Translations under genes and position numbers: made by a program
Shown: positions 49,218 through 58,435 of the stretch, one piece after another
How the letters are laid out: the number at the start of each line of letters is the position of its first letter
How positions within the stretch are numbered: position 1 is the first letter of the stretch
Assembly (NCBI GenBank): GCA_040384485.1
Contig: JAZKJH010000004.1
Location: forward strand, 5,928-69,927
Length of the DNA: 64,000 nt
Direction: 5' to 3'
Source: Patescibacteria group bacterium
Lineage (GTDB): Bacteria; Patescibacteriota; Minisyncoccia; Phycocordibacterales; DATDWN01
The notes under the pieces: model-generated
What the model was told of the DNA's origin: nothing
Databases searched by the model: none
What the model saw: only the letters and a program-made list of their open reading frames with translations

Positions 49218-50399
49218 CTATTCAATTGAATCTAGTGCACCCACAGTGTATTTATTCGAAGCGGACCATAGTATCCAGGAATCAAGACCAACATCATATG
49301 TTGCTATTATTTGTGCACGTACTTCTACTGGTCCGTAATCAGCACCTAGGTCAAAGTCTTGTAGCCAGGGTCGCATTTCAGCCACCGTCTTTCCTGTTGT
49401 ACTCGCAAAGGCCTCAGCTCTATCGACTGCTGATTTCATAGAAAAATGAATTATCTCGTATGGGTGAGCTGCTGGGTTTTTATAACCTTGGAAGTTTGGA
49501 GGATAGTGAGACGGATAAACCATTGGCATTATGTAGTCAAAATAAGGTAGAGCAGTTTCTAACAACTGTCCGATTCCCATATCCCCTGTGGCATTAGTAA
49601 CCATTCCAAACAAATCGGCGGAAGTTTTCAGGTCGGGATATATAGCCAGCTTATCGTCCATGTATTTGAAAAAGTTTTCTAACACCACCGTTCTCTCTAT
49701 ATTAGTCGAAAAAGGATAAGATATATCTTTCATGTTTCCGTCAGATGGAAAACGAATATAATCAAAGTTAATTTCATCAAAACCGATGTTGTAACTTTCC
49801 TCAACTACCAAGAAAATATAATCCCAATATTCTTTTGAACCTGGATCAATCCAAGATATTCCCTTACGGTCTTTCCACACCGCAGTTCCTGCAAGATTTT
49901 TCACAGCCAATTCTGGCCTGTATTTAACAAAATACTGGTCTTGAAAAACAGCTATACGCGCTACTACATATATACCTTTTTCGTGAAGCGTTGCAATGAA
50001 TTCTTTTAAGTCCTTTGCACGTATTTCTTCAGAACCATATTTTTTTAGTTCTGGATTTTGAATAGGAAGAGTTAGTTTACCCGTATAATCCTTTATATCT
50101 ATAACTACGGTGTTTAACTCTGTGGTGTCTATTAGCTCAACCAGAGCACTACGAAGATCGTTTCTACTAGCGACCCAACTTGTCATATAAATCCCCTTTA
50201 CTGCATCGGGTGTAGATATATGTGTTGGGATATATTTTTCTTCTTTAGCTTCTATTGGAGTAGCGACAGCTTTATCCGAGCCTGGAAAAACATAGTGAGT
50301 AGAAAAAAGTTCCGGCAGTATAAAGACGAGACTTACCGCAAATAAAAAACAAACAAACCAAAATATTTTATGCTTGTTTGTTTTTATTATTTTATTCAT
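49218..50399 (-). CDS. Putative glycoside hydrolase (DUF4015 family), membrane-anchored
   Basis: KGIYMT, VVIDIKD, ARIAVFQD, FDEINFDYIRFP, PMVYPSHY, RPWLQDF. Confidence 0.85.
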   Translation of the reverse strand: MNKIIKTNKHKIFWFVCFLFAVSLVFILPELFSTHYVFPGSDKAVATPIEAKEEKYIPTHISTPDAVKGIYMTSWVASRNDLRSALVELIDTTELNTVVIDIKDYTGKLTLPIQNPELKKYGSEEIRAKDLKEFIATLHEKGIYVVARIAVFQDQYFVKYRPELAVKNLAGTAVWKDRKGISWIDPGSKEYWDYIFLVVEESYNIGFDEINFDYIRFPSDGNMKDISYPFSTNIERTVVLENFFKYMDDKLAIYPDLKTSADLFGMVTNATGDMGIGQLLETALPYFDYIMPMVYPSHYPPNFQGYKNPAAHPYEIIHFSMKSAVDRAEAFASTTGKTVAEMRPWLQDFDLGADYGPVEVRAQIIATYDVGLDSWILWSASNKYTVGALDSIE

Positions 50400-50402
50400 A
50401 TG

Positions 50403-50687
50403 TTACTCAGAAGATTTTCCTACAGGTTCTTTAGATTTAATCTCTCTCATTTGAATAGGGCTTATTTTCGGCTCAAGTGGTCTGCTTTCTGAATAAACTG
50501 CGGTCACTTTTTCTCTTTTTGTTTTAGCTTTTATGTTTTTCTTTGGAATGGAGATTTTTAATGACAGGAGTATGAGTAGTATTCCTGAAATTATAACAAA
50601 GGTGTTTTTATAAGAAGATGGTAGTCCAAAAAAGGGTATCAAGAAAATAAAAAAACCTAAGAAAAAAGTGCTTTTTTTGCTAATCAT
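50403..50687 (-). CDS. Small two-TM hypothetical protein
   Basis: FLGFFIFLIPFFGLPSSYK; TATAAT 6 nt before ATG 50687. Confidence 0.75.
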   Translation of the reverse strand: MISKKSTFFLGFFIFLIPFFGLPSSYKNTFVIISGILLILLSLKISIPKKNIKAKTKREKVTAVYSESRPLEPKISPIQMREIKSKEPVGKSSE

Positions 50688-50729
50688 TTTTTCATTATAC
50701 ATCCCGCACCTATTTTCCGCAAAATATGG

Positions 50730-52145
50730 CTATATCTCCTCTACAACAAGCATGTTTGTGGATAACCCTTTTGTGTTAAAAGGCACCCCTCCCACGATAA
50801 CAACCTTGTCACCCTTACTTGCGTATTTGTTGTCTAGGCAGATTTTTCTAACAATTTGAAACACTTCAGTAATAGTATTGTATTTTTTCACCTCAACTGG
50901 CTTACACCCAAAAGAAAGACATAGTTTGTTTACGGTTGTTTTGTTTGGAGACAAAGCAAGTATATGAGTGTGAGGTTTGTGTCTTGAAATCATTCTAGCT
51001 GTAAAACCTGAGTCTGTTAAAGCGATGATCATTTTTGCACCAACGTCGTGTGCAGTTTTAACAACTGAGCTGGTAACAGAGTCAGTTACTTCTCTTTGTC
51101 CACTTCTGTCTCCGTGCACAGTATCTCTCTCCACATAGTTCTTCTCTACCTCTCTCGCAACTTTTGTCATAACCTCAACCGCTTCACTAGAATACAAACC
51201 TAGAGTCGTTTCTTCTGACAACATCACTGCATCCGTTCCATCGAAAATAGCATTTGCAATATCCGATACTTCTGCACGAGTTGCTACCGGGCTTTTTATC
51301 ATAGACTCCAACATTTGAGTTGCAGTGATGACAGGTTTACCTAGGTTGTTACATTTTTCAATGATTGATTTCTGAATGGTTGGTACTTTTTCAAACGGAA
51401 CTTCTATAGCCAAGTCCCCTCGAGCGATCATGACTCCGTCAGTAACTGCAAGTATCTCATCGATGTTTTGCACCGCTTGAGGAGTTTCTATTTTTGCTAT
51501 GATTCCAATAGTTTTAGATTTTCTACCATCTAGAATTGTTCGGAGTTCCACAATATCCTTAGCTGTTCTAACAAAAGAAAGTGCCATGAAATCTACTTTA
51601 TTTTTTATTCCAAATTCAAGATCTGCTTTATCCTTTGCAGTTAATGAGCTAATGGTAACATCTGAGTCAGGAAGGTTTACTCCTCTTTTGCCCTTAGTCA
51701 TTCCACCAACTATTATTTTACATATCACCTCCTCTCCTTTTATAGAAACGACTTCAAACTTCTTTTTCCCATCATCAACCATTATTCTGTCACCCACCTT
51801 TACTTCTTTTGGAAACCTCTTGTAGTTGATTGAAACCTTTTTACTGTCCCCTATCATACTTTCTGTTGTGATAGTTATTTTCTCACCCGCAACAAGTTCT
51901 ACTTGTTCTGTATTAAACTCTCCTAGTCTTATTTTTGGACCACCCAGGTCTTGTAACACTGCACAATTAATGCCTGTTGATTTTACAGCTTTCTTTAGGT
52001 TATTGATTCTTTTCTGGTGTTCAGCAAAATCTCCGTGTGAAAAGTTCAGTCTCATCACATTCATACCTGCTTTCAAAAGTTTTTCTAATGACTCCTGGTT
52101 TTCTGTCTTTGGACCTATGGTTGCTACTATTTTTGTTTTTTTCAT
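50730..52145 (-). CDS. pyk: Pyruvate kinase
   Basis: KTKIVATIGP, RLNFSHG, IIAKIE, MIARGDL, ATQMLESM, DAVMLSEET. Confidence 0.97.
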   Translation of the reverse strand: MKKTKIVATIGPKTENQESLEKLLKAGMNVMRLNFSHGDFAEHQKRINNLKKAVKSTGINCAVLQDLGGPKIRLGEFNTEQVELVAGEKITITTESMIGDSKKVSINYKRFPKEVKVGDRIMVDDGKKKFEVVSIKGEEVICKIIVGGMTKGKRGVNLPDSDVTISSLTAKDKADLEFGIKNKVDFMALSFVRTAKDIVELRTILDGRKSKTIGIIAKIETPQAVQNIDEILAVTDGVMIARGDLAIEVPFEKVPTIQKSIIEKCNNLGKPVITATQMLESMIKSPVATRAEVSDIANAIFDGTDAVMLSEETTLGLYSSEAVEVMTKVAREVEKNYVERDTVHGDRSGQREVTDSVTSSVVKTAHDVGAKMIIALTDSGFTARMISRHKPHTHILALSPNKTTVNKLCLSFGCKPVEVKKYNTITEVFQIVRKICLDNKYASKGDKVVIVGGVPFNTKGLSTNMLVVEEI

Positions 52146-52204
52146 TTTTTATGGTTGTTAAGAAGGTTCTATCATACAGAAAAATCAGAAAAAATCAAAA
52201 TGAA

Positions 52205-52243
52205 AACTGCTTAACACCACCGTGGTGTTAAGCAGTTAAAAAA
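52205..52243. terminator. Long hairpin/terminator between the small ORF and pyk
   Basis: AACTGCTTAACACCAC-C-GTGGTGTTAAGCAGTT. Confidence 0.6.
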
Positions 52244-52254
52244 TTTAGAGCCGT

Positions 52255-52431
52255 TTAGACTCGCTTGTCTCGAACCCCACAACGATATCGAAGTTGACGT
52301 TTGGTGACTCTGTTCTGTTTCAGAATCCTGCCCTTCTCCATAATGGACCTACCCAGGTCCTCCGGCGGTGAAAGCCGAAAGAATGTTGGGAAGGGGTTGA
52401 ACGACATGCCTGCAGGAAACAATCGTGACAT
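52255..52431 (-). CDS. 58-aa basic hypothetical protein
   Basis: GGAGG SD before ATG 52431, TTGACA-17-AATAAT upstream, hairpin downstream. Confidence 0.5.
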   Translation of the reverse strand: MSRLFPAGMSFNPFPTFFRLSPPEDLGRSIMEKGRILKQNRVTKRQLRYRCGVRDKRV

Positions 52432-52535
52432 CAGACCTCCGGGTTTAATTATTAGAAAATAATAAAGGAATGTCAAATGACGCGCTGCGGTTCGCACTAG
52501 TGCAAAAAATCTCCCGTATCAGGGAGATTTTCTTG

Positions 52536-52650
52536 TGGTCAGGAATAGTTTTTTACTAAAAACTTTCCCGACCCGGACTCGCGCCGACGCGCTCCGTCTC
52601 GCACATGCATACAAAAACAGCATCCCCATGCTGTTTTTGAATCATGTGCG
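52536..52650 (-). repeat. tRNA-associated structured element, copy B (3' trailer of tRNA-Ile)
   Basis: Hairpin including the tRNA 3' end (CGCACATG...CATGTGCG), then AGACGGA-GCGC-GTCG-GCGC-GAGTCCGGGTCGGGAA-AGTTTTT-AGTA-AAAAACT-A-TTCCTGACCA. Confidence 0.7.
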
Positions 52651-52720
52651 CCTGCCTGGACTCGAACCGGGGACCCCAGAGGTATAAGCTCTGTGCTCTA
52701 ACCAACTGAGCTACAGGCGC
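52647..52720 (-). tRNA. tRNA-Ile(UAU), CCA not encoded
   Basis: GCGCCTGTAGCTCAGTTGGTTAGAGCA-CAGAG-CTTATAC-CTCTG-GGGTC-CCCGGTTCGAGTCCAGG-CAGGCGCA. Confidence 0.93.
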
Positions 52721-52768
52721 ATGTGGTGTGTAGACAATATACAATAAAACAATCTTTTTTGCCATAAC

Positions 52769-52798
52769 AAAAAAGATTGAGTTTCCTCAATCTTTTTT
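52769..52798 (-). terminator. ftsH terminator
   Basis: AAAAAAGATTGAG-TTTC-CTCAATCTTTTTT. Confidence 0.75.
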
Positions 52799-52809
52799 AT
52801 ATTTTAAAC

Positions 52810-54732
52810 CTAAACTTGATGCTCAATATCTAACTTCTTTTTTGGTGTAACTCCATGTGTTCGTAACAAATCTTCGAACTCTGCTCTCTCTATTGTTTCT
52901 GTCTCTACTAGTCTTTGAGCTATCGCATCCAGGAGTTTCTTGTTTTCATTTATAACTGTTGTTGCTTTCTCATGAGCTTCGGTCATTATTTTTGAAACTC
53001 CAGCATCTATATCTGCTGCTACTCTTTCTGAAAAAGCTTTTTCCTCCACACCTTTTCCAAACAACACTCTACCTCCCTGTCCCTCAAGCGCTATTGGACC
53101 AAGCTTTTCTGACATACCGTATTTTGTAACCATGTCACGAGCCAAAGCAGTTGAAACCTGCAAGTCGTTTGATGGGCCTGTTGTAAGGTCGTCAAACATC
53201 AACTTCTCTGTTACATATCCGCCCAAAGAAACTGCAATATCATCTAGAAACTCTTTTTTGGATTGTAGTTTTCTGTCTTCTAGTGGAAGGTGTAACACGT
53301 ATCCAGCTGCTCTACCTCGTGAGATGATAGAGATTTTGTGAACAGGATCAGCATATGGCAGAAGTGAAGCGAGTACTGCGTGTCCGGCCTCATGATAAGC
53401 AGTGATTTCTTTTTCTTTCTTCGAAAGAATGTGACTTTTTCTTTCAGGACCTAGCATTACTTTTTCTATTGAACGTATCAAATCATACTGAGAAATTTTT
53501 GTTCTACTTTCGCGTGCCGCAAGAATAGCTCCTTCGTTCATAAGTGAGAACAGATCTGCACCAGAAAATCCTGGAGTTCTTTCGGCAATAACTACTAGGT
53601 TTACGTCTTCAGCAAAAGGCTTTTTAGTGCTATGAACTTTCAATATCTCTTCTCGATCTTTTCTGTCTGGCAAATCAAGAGTTACTCGTCTATCAAATCT
53701 TCCTGGACGGAGCAAAGCAGGGTCCAAAACATCCGGTCTGTTTGTTGCGGCCATAACGATAACTTTTTCGTTTGGCTCAAATCCATCCATCTCAACAAGG
53801 ATTTGGTTTAAAGTTTGCTCTCGCTCATCGTTTCCACCACCCGCTCCAACTCCTCTGGCTCTTCCTACTGCATCTATTTCATCTACGAAAATAATAGCTG
53901 GGGAATTTTTCTTGGCCATCATAAACAAATCCCTAACTCTACTTGCACCAACACCTACAAACATTTCTACGAATTCAGAACCTGAGATAGAGAAGAATGC
54001 TACTCCTGCCTCTCCTGCCACAGCCCGGGCAAGTAAAGTCTTTCCTGTTCCAGGAGCTCCCATAAGTAGTATTCCTTTTGGAATTCTCGCTCCAATATCT
54101 AGAAACTTTTTAGGATTCTTAAGAAAGTCTACTATTTCTGTCAATTCTTCTTTTGCTTCTTTTGCTCCGGCAACATCTTTAAAAGTTACTTTTTGATTCT
54201 TGTCGTCTGGGTGAATCATTCTGGCTTTTGATTGGCCGAAAGTCATTGCCTGCATTCCTGCCCCTTTCATTTGTCGACTAATAAACCAGATAAAAACCAG
54301 AATAAAAAGTATTGGGAAAATAATTGGTGCAAGGTTCAAAAGCCAATACCCTATTCCGCTTTTATTCTTTACTTCTATTTTAACTTTTGAAACCTCTTCT
54401 GTTGTGACCCCGTAGTTCACAAAAGTTTGAAGTAGCGCCTCACCAACTTCTTTTTTTGATTCTTTTATTTCCCCGGCTTTGTATGTGATTTCCAGAGCAT
54501 CACCTTCTACTACAATGGATTCGACCAAATCGGCTTTAATATCAGAAGAAACTTGTGAGATGGCTATATTCTCTGCTTTATTGCTAGTACCAGACAAGAA
54601 TGAATACAGTGAAGATAGGAGTAAGAATATTAAAACCACAGAGATAACATATGAAAAAAGTGAACCATTACCGCCACCACCTCCGTTTTTCTTTTTGATT
54701 ATTATTTTTTTGTTATTTGGTTTTTCTGGCAT
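52810..54732 (-). CDS. ftsH: ATP-dependent zinc metalloprotease FtsH
   Basis: Two TMs, [39 protein letters not shown]. Confidence 0.98.
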   Translation of the reverse strand: MPEKPNNKKIIIKKKNGGGGGNGSLFSYVISVVLIFLLLSSLYSFLSGTSNKAENIAISQVSSDIKADLVESIVVEGDALEITYKAGEIKESKKEVGEALLQTFVNYGVTTEEVSKVKIEVKNKSGIGYWLLNLAPIIFPILFILVFIWFISRQMKGAGMQAMTFGQSKARMIHPDDKNQKVTFKDVAGAKEAKEELTEIVDFLKNPKKFLDIGARIPKGILLMGAPGTGKTLLARAVAGEAGVAFFSISGSEFVEMFVGVGASRVRDLFMMAKKNSPAIIFVDEIDAVGRARGVGAGGGNDEREQTLNQILVEMDGFEPNEKVIVMAATNRPDVLDPALLRPGRFDRRVTLDLPDRKDREEILKVHSTKKPFAEDVNLVVIAERTPGFSGADLFSLMNEGAILAARESRTKISQYDLIRSIEKVMLGPERKSHILSKKEKEITAYHEAGHAVLASLLPYADPVHKISIISRGRAAGYVLHLPLEDRKLQSKKEFLDDIAVSLGGYVTEKLMFDDLTTGPSNDLQVSTALARDMVTKYGMSEKLGPIALEGQGGRVLFGKGVEEKAFSERVAADIDAGVSKIMTEAHEKATTVINENKKLLDAIAQRLVETETIERAEFEDLLRTHGVTPKKKLDIEHQV

Positions 54733-54824
54733 ATTGTTTTTGTTAATGTTTGTTTAATATTTGTATCAAAGTATACACGAAAAACACCAAAAAAGAAGCT
54801 CGAAAATGTGTTATAATCTCCCCT

Positions 54825-55265
54825 ATGTCACTCATAAGTAACAAAAAGTCACACTTCAACTACGAGATAACCGATACCTATTCTGCGGGAATAGAGCTTT
54901 TTGGTTTTGAAGTAAAATCCGTCCGAAAAGGACAGGGATCACTCGAGGGTTCTTATGTTACAGTTCGAGGTGATGAAGCTTTTATTATCGGTTCTTTTAT
55001 ACCAGCTTTTCAAGAGAAAAATGCCCCAAAAGACTATGATTCGCGTCGAAACAGAAAGCTACTTTTGACTAAAAAAGAGATACAGGAACTCCGAGATATT
55101 GAAAAGACAAAGGGATTGACAATAGTGCCTATTTCGATGTATAATAAAGGTAGAGTGTTGAAGCTAGACCTAGGGGTTGGCAAGGGCAAGAAAAAATTCG
55201 ACAAGAGAGAAAGTATCAAAAAACAGGACACTGAAAGAGAGATGAGGCGAGACCTAAAAAGGTGA
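54825..55265 (+). CDS. smpB: SsrA-binding protein
   Basis: NKKSHFNY, AGIELFGFEVKS, RKLLL, GKGKKKFDKRESIK; ATG 7 nt after TGnTATAAT. Confidence 0.97.
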   Translation: MSLISNKKSHFNYEITDTYSAGIELFGFEVKSVRKGQGSLEGSYVTVRGDEAFIIGSFIPAFQEKNAPKDYDSRRNRKLLLTKKEIQELRDIEKTKGLTIVPISMYNKGRVLKLDLGVGKGKKKFDKRESIKKQDTEREMRRDLKR

Positions 55266-55323
55266 TATATTTGGAAAATTTCAACGTCAACATGAGTGTG
55301 CAAAGAAATTGCACTTTTATGTT

Positions 55324-55722
55324 GGGGATGAAAGGTATAGACATTTAAGTCCTTTGACAATGCGCATGACAGAGCTGGAGTTAGCTCTTTAAACCATTCC
55401 AAAACACAAATGCAAAAAATACTTTTGCAAAAGCAGTGCCTTCACCATTTATGGGGAATGCATTCGCACCAGCTTTCGCGTAATCTTTTTTAAGAAAACC
55501 AAACTGGCGGTCTCTCCCCTAAGTCTGTTACGGGAGTTGATTGATATATCACCGGACTATAGAGTCGCTATCGTTTCATAGCGGTTCAGAAAAATAGAAA
55601 CTGGAACTTTATTTATTTTGTCTGTTTTATAGAATAAAGTTCGAGAAAACCAAAACAAACTACGTCATGTAGATCCATTGCCAAAACTTATTTGCACGGG
55701 GGTTCAAATCCTCCCATCTCCA
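55324..55722 (+). ncRNA. ssrA: tmRNA; tag reading frame 55412-55483 = (A)AKNTFAKAVPSPFMGNAFAPAFA*
   Basis: GGGGATG/CATCTCC-A acceptor stem with G3:U70, GGTTCAAATCC T-arm, directly after smpB. Confidence 0.93.
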
Positions 55723-55929
55723 CAATATAAAAAATCGCCTACTAGGCGGTTTTTTATATTGTGGAGTGGAGTAAACCAACTGCTTGGTTTACGTGAGGAT
55801 TTGAAAGACGGAACTATATTTTTTCACCAGAAAAAATATAGTGAGTCGGGGTCGAGAGTACTTAGTGCTCGCAAGGTGTAATCACCTGAGAACACTTAGT
55901 AACTCGTGACCAATTCTCGGCTTCTACAC
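55702..55929 (+). repeat. tRNA-associated structured element, copy C (3' trailer of tmRNA)
   Basis: Antisense copy of the tmRNA 3' end, GAGT-hairpin-ACG, AGACGGA-hairpin-GAGTCGGGGTCGAGAG...A-CTCGTGACCA, then a degenerate sense 3' end CAATTCTCGGCTTCTACAC. Confidence 0.7.
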
Positions 55930-55938
55930 AAAAATTTC

Positions 55939-55971
55939 ACAAAACTCCCCTCGAAAGGGAGTTTTGTTTTT
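55939..55971 (+). terminator. Intrinsic terminator after the tmRNA trailer
   Basis: ACAAAACTCCC-CTCGAAA-GGGAGTTTTGT-TTTT. Confidence 0.7.
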
Positions 55972-56042
55972 AGTTTGACAAGACCATATATTTATATAGT
56001 ATGCAAGGCAGACTTGATCTTCACAATTAGGAGAAAAGACAT

Positions 56043-57716
56043 ATGTTCAAACATTCCGTTCGTGCCTTAGCTTTTCATCACGAAAAAGGTTACGAAGCTC
56101 AACGAGAACTTGCACTCAATTTCGCTGGAACTGGAGGACGCATTGCAACAATGGAAGACATTGTTCATGCATGTTGCAATTCACAAAACATTAAAGACTT
56201 TGTGTGGAGTCGTACAATCATTACCAGCTCATACTTATTTGCTGGGTGGAACAACACAGTACCCACACTCGTATTTGCACACGGCCTCAACATTCAACCA
56301 GTAACGTACCCGACGAGGTACGGAAATGAATACCGTATTGGCCAACCTGTCTTCGAGGCTTTGTTGGATGGTAAATTCGGACATGTCGAATCAGTCAACT
56401 TGTTAGAATACAAAAACAAGTCAAAACATGTGCGTGGCTCAAATCGTTATACTTACGAGGTTGCCCACCAGGACCCAATCATTCGTGGATTCTTTGGTCG
56501 ACAAGTGGATGTATTTCTAAACCACTATCACAACCTCACTCAAGACTGGCTTAAGGATGCAAGCCTCGAAGAACAGAAGGAAGCAGTCCTCCTGATCAAC
56601 CGAATCTACGAGATTTACAACAACAAGCCAGGGAAACAAGAAAGTTTCTCTAACATTCCACGAGATTACGCAAAAGCGTACCCACTAACAAAGGAATCGC
56701 ACGGACTATATGTTGACCATAACAAGCAAGACAAACACATTGCCTGTGGTATGGACTTCAGCACTTCGACCAACAGTGGCATCGACGATCTCGGTGGACC
56801 AGCTTACTACATAATTGGGGTCCGAGGCGAAGAACCCCTCACAAAAGTAGCTCCTGACTTCCGAAGTAGTATCTCAAAGGTTAAGGAGAATTGGCCACAT
56901 TTTGTGCAACCACTCGTCCAAGTTCCTAATGACCCCTACATCGGCATCAAACCCGATGGAAGTACTGAGCGACCTTACTATCTACCGGCCTTGATGCGGA
57001 TAGGGGAATCTGAATATGAACCCCGAGTAACCGGGCGTATTCTTGATAACGGCACCGGCTCGATAATGCCAGAGTTCAGGGTCAGATCATGCAAAATGAT
57101 AGGAACCCTAACTAAAATCTGTTATCAAGGTACAGGTCGTGAAGCTGGGAGCGGGTACATTGGTTACCCGTATCAAGGCCAATGGGAAGCGGCTCTCAAG
57201 GCACTACCGAAAGAAGCTAATGCTATCGCATTCGGTGGCTCGTCTCACCACAACGGAAAAATCGAAGTGGACACCGTATTCTATAAACTGGAGTTGGATA
57301 AAGAACCGTTCCACATTCTCATAAAATGTGGGGACAAATTCTTCACACAATACAACGACGAGAACCGTCCGACACAACAACCGCACATGTTGGTGACAGA
57401 AGTAACGGAACTTGACCAAAAACCAAGTCTCCATATTCCGGATGATGTGCATCGTTTGTGCAATAACCATCTAAAAGAATGGCCAGTCCTTGCATATTTA
57501 ATTGCAAATGCACCGGAAAAAGCCAATGCTATGTGGATTGAAAATCAATCAACTCACTATAGTGATAAAGCTGGTAAGAACATCACAACTGTGTCAGTGA
57601 GATACTACCATGTGGCCCTTGGCGACAAAGCTTTCCGACCATTCACAGAAATCCGGTCAGACTTCGACTGGGAACTTGAACGGAGAACTGAAGCTAACAT
57701 GCTCTCGATAATTTGA
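56043..57716 (+). CDS. Hypothetical protein (557 aa) with an apparently duplicated C-terminal domain
   Basis: AGGAG SD, TTGACA-16-TAGTAT promoter, terminator at 57732-57770; no family recognised. Confidence 0.8.
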   Translation: MFKHSVRALAFHHEKGYEAQRELALNFAGTGGRIATMEDIVHACCNSQNIKDFVWSRTIITSSYLFAGWNNTVPTLVFAHGLNIQPVTYPTRYGNEYRIGQPVFEALLDGKFGHVESVNLLEYKNKSKHVRGSNRYTYEVAHQDPIIRGFFGRQVDVFLNHYHNLTQDWLKDASLEEQKEAVLLINRIYEIYNNKPGKQESFSNIPRDYAKAYPLTKESHGLYVDHNKQDKHIACGMDFSTSTNSGIDDLGGPAYYIIGVRGEEPLTKVAPDFRSSISKVKENWPHFVQPLVQVPNDPYIGIKPDGSTERPYYLPALMRIGESEYEPRVTGRILDNGTGSIMPEFRVRSCKMIGTLTKICYQGTGREAGSGYIGYPYQGQWEAALKALPKEANAIAFGGSSHHNGKIEVDTVFYKLELDKEPFHILIKCGDKFFTQYNDENRPTQQPHMLVTEVTELDQKPSLHIPDDVHRLCNNHLKEWPVLAYLIANAPEKANAMWIENQSTHYSDKAGKNITTVSVRYYHVALGDKAFRPFTEIRSDFDWELERRTEANMLSII

Positions 57717-57877
57717 TACGCAATGCAACACCCCGTGTAGCCAGAAATGGTCTATGCGGGTTTTTATTTTTCATAACTCATGACATTTCTCCTTAATATA
57801 AAGAACCCCCCACAAAGTGGTTTTTGCTTGCTTGACATAACTAAGCAATATGACAACATACCATCTGGAGGTTACAG

Positions 57878-58333
57878 ATGCCGCAATTAACAAAAGGGGT
57901 TTACGGGACCGAGTTCAACGCGACTCAAAACGCACCGCTTGGACTTCGGTGTGGGCAAATGAAAGCTGGAAACAAAATTACCCACAACCACGGGTGGTAC
58001 AACAAGTTTGGAGAAAGACTGGGCTTTGGGGATCTGTCAGCAGACGATTTCCAAAGAATCATGACTGAGATTGAAGGAGACGAACTCTTCATTACACTAG
58101 GTGAAGAAGACAGTCACCATGGTCTCATGAGCGACCACCCAGAACTGGAGTACGATGCCCCGGGAGTGGATTACATTGTCCAGCATTGCAGGTATGTTGT
58201 ACGGCGTGGCCAATGTTTGCGAGTTGATGAGGTCCGACCAGATAACTCTTTGTTCCTCCATAACGGAATTAATTTTACCATCACCTCGAAAGAGGGTGTA
58301 AGAAAAATTCTGACGGAGCATTCAAGCAGATAG
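57878..58333 (+). CDS. Hypothetical protein (151 aa)
   Basis: GGAGG SD; HNHGWYNKFGERLGFGDLS motif; terminator at 58357-58383. Confidence 0.8.
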   Translation: MPQLTKGVYGTEFNATQNAPLGLRCGQMKAGNKITHNHGWYNKFGERLGFGDLSADDFQRIMTEIEGDELFITLGEEDSHHGLMSDHPELEYDAPGVDYIVQHCRYVVRRGQCLRVDEVRPDNSLFLHNGINFTITSKEGVRKILTEHSSR

Positions 58334-58435
58334 TTTCCAGTCCTATAAAAATTGATGCACCCCGAAATTTCGGGGTGTTTTTTATTGCAGATAAAATTAC
58401 TTGACTTTTATCCTGGATTAATATATTCTATTTAG

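Noticed and set aside
52556-52765. 69-aa ORF
   Set aside because: Overlaps tRNA-Ile and its trailer
55678-55881. 67-aa ORF
   Set aside because: Overlaps the tmRNA 3' end and the structured element
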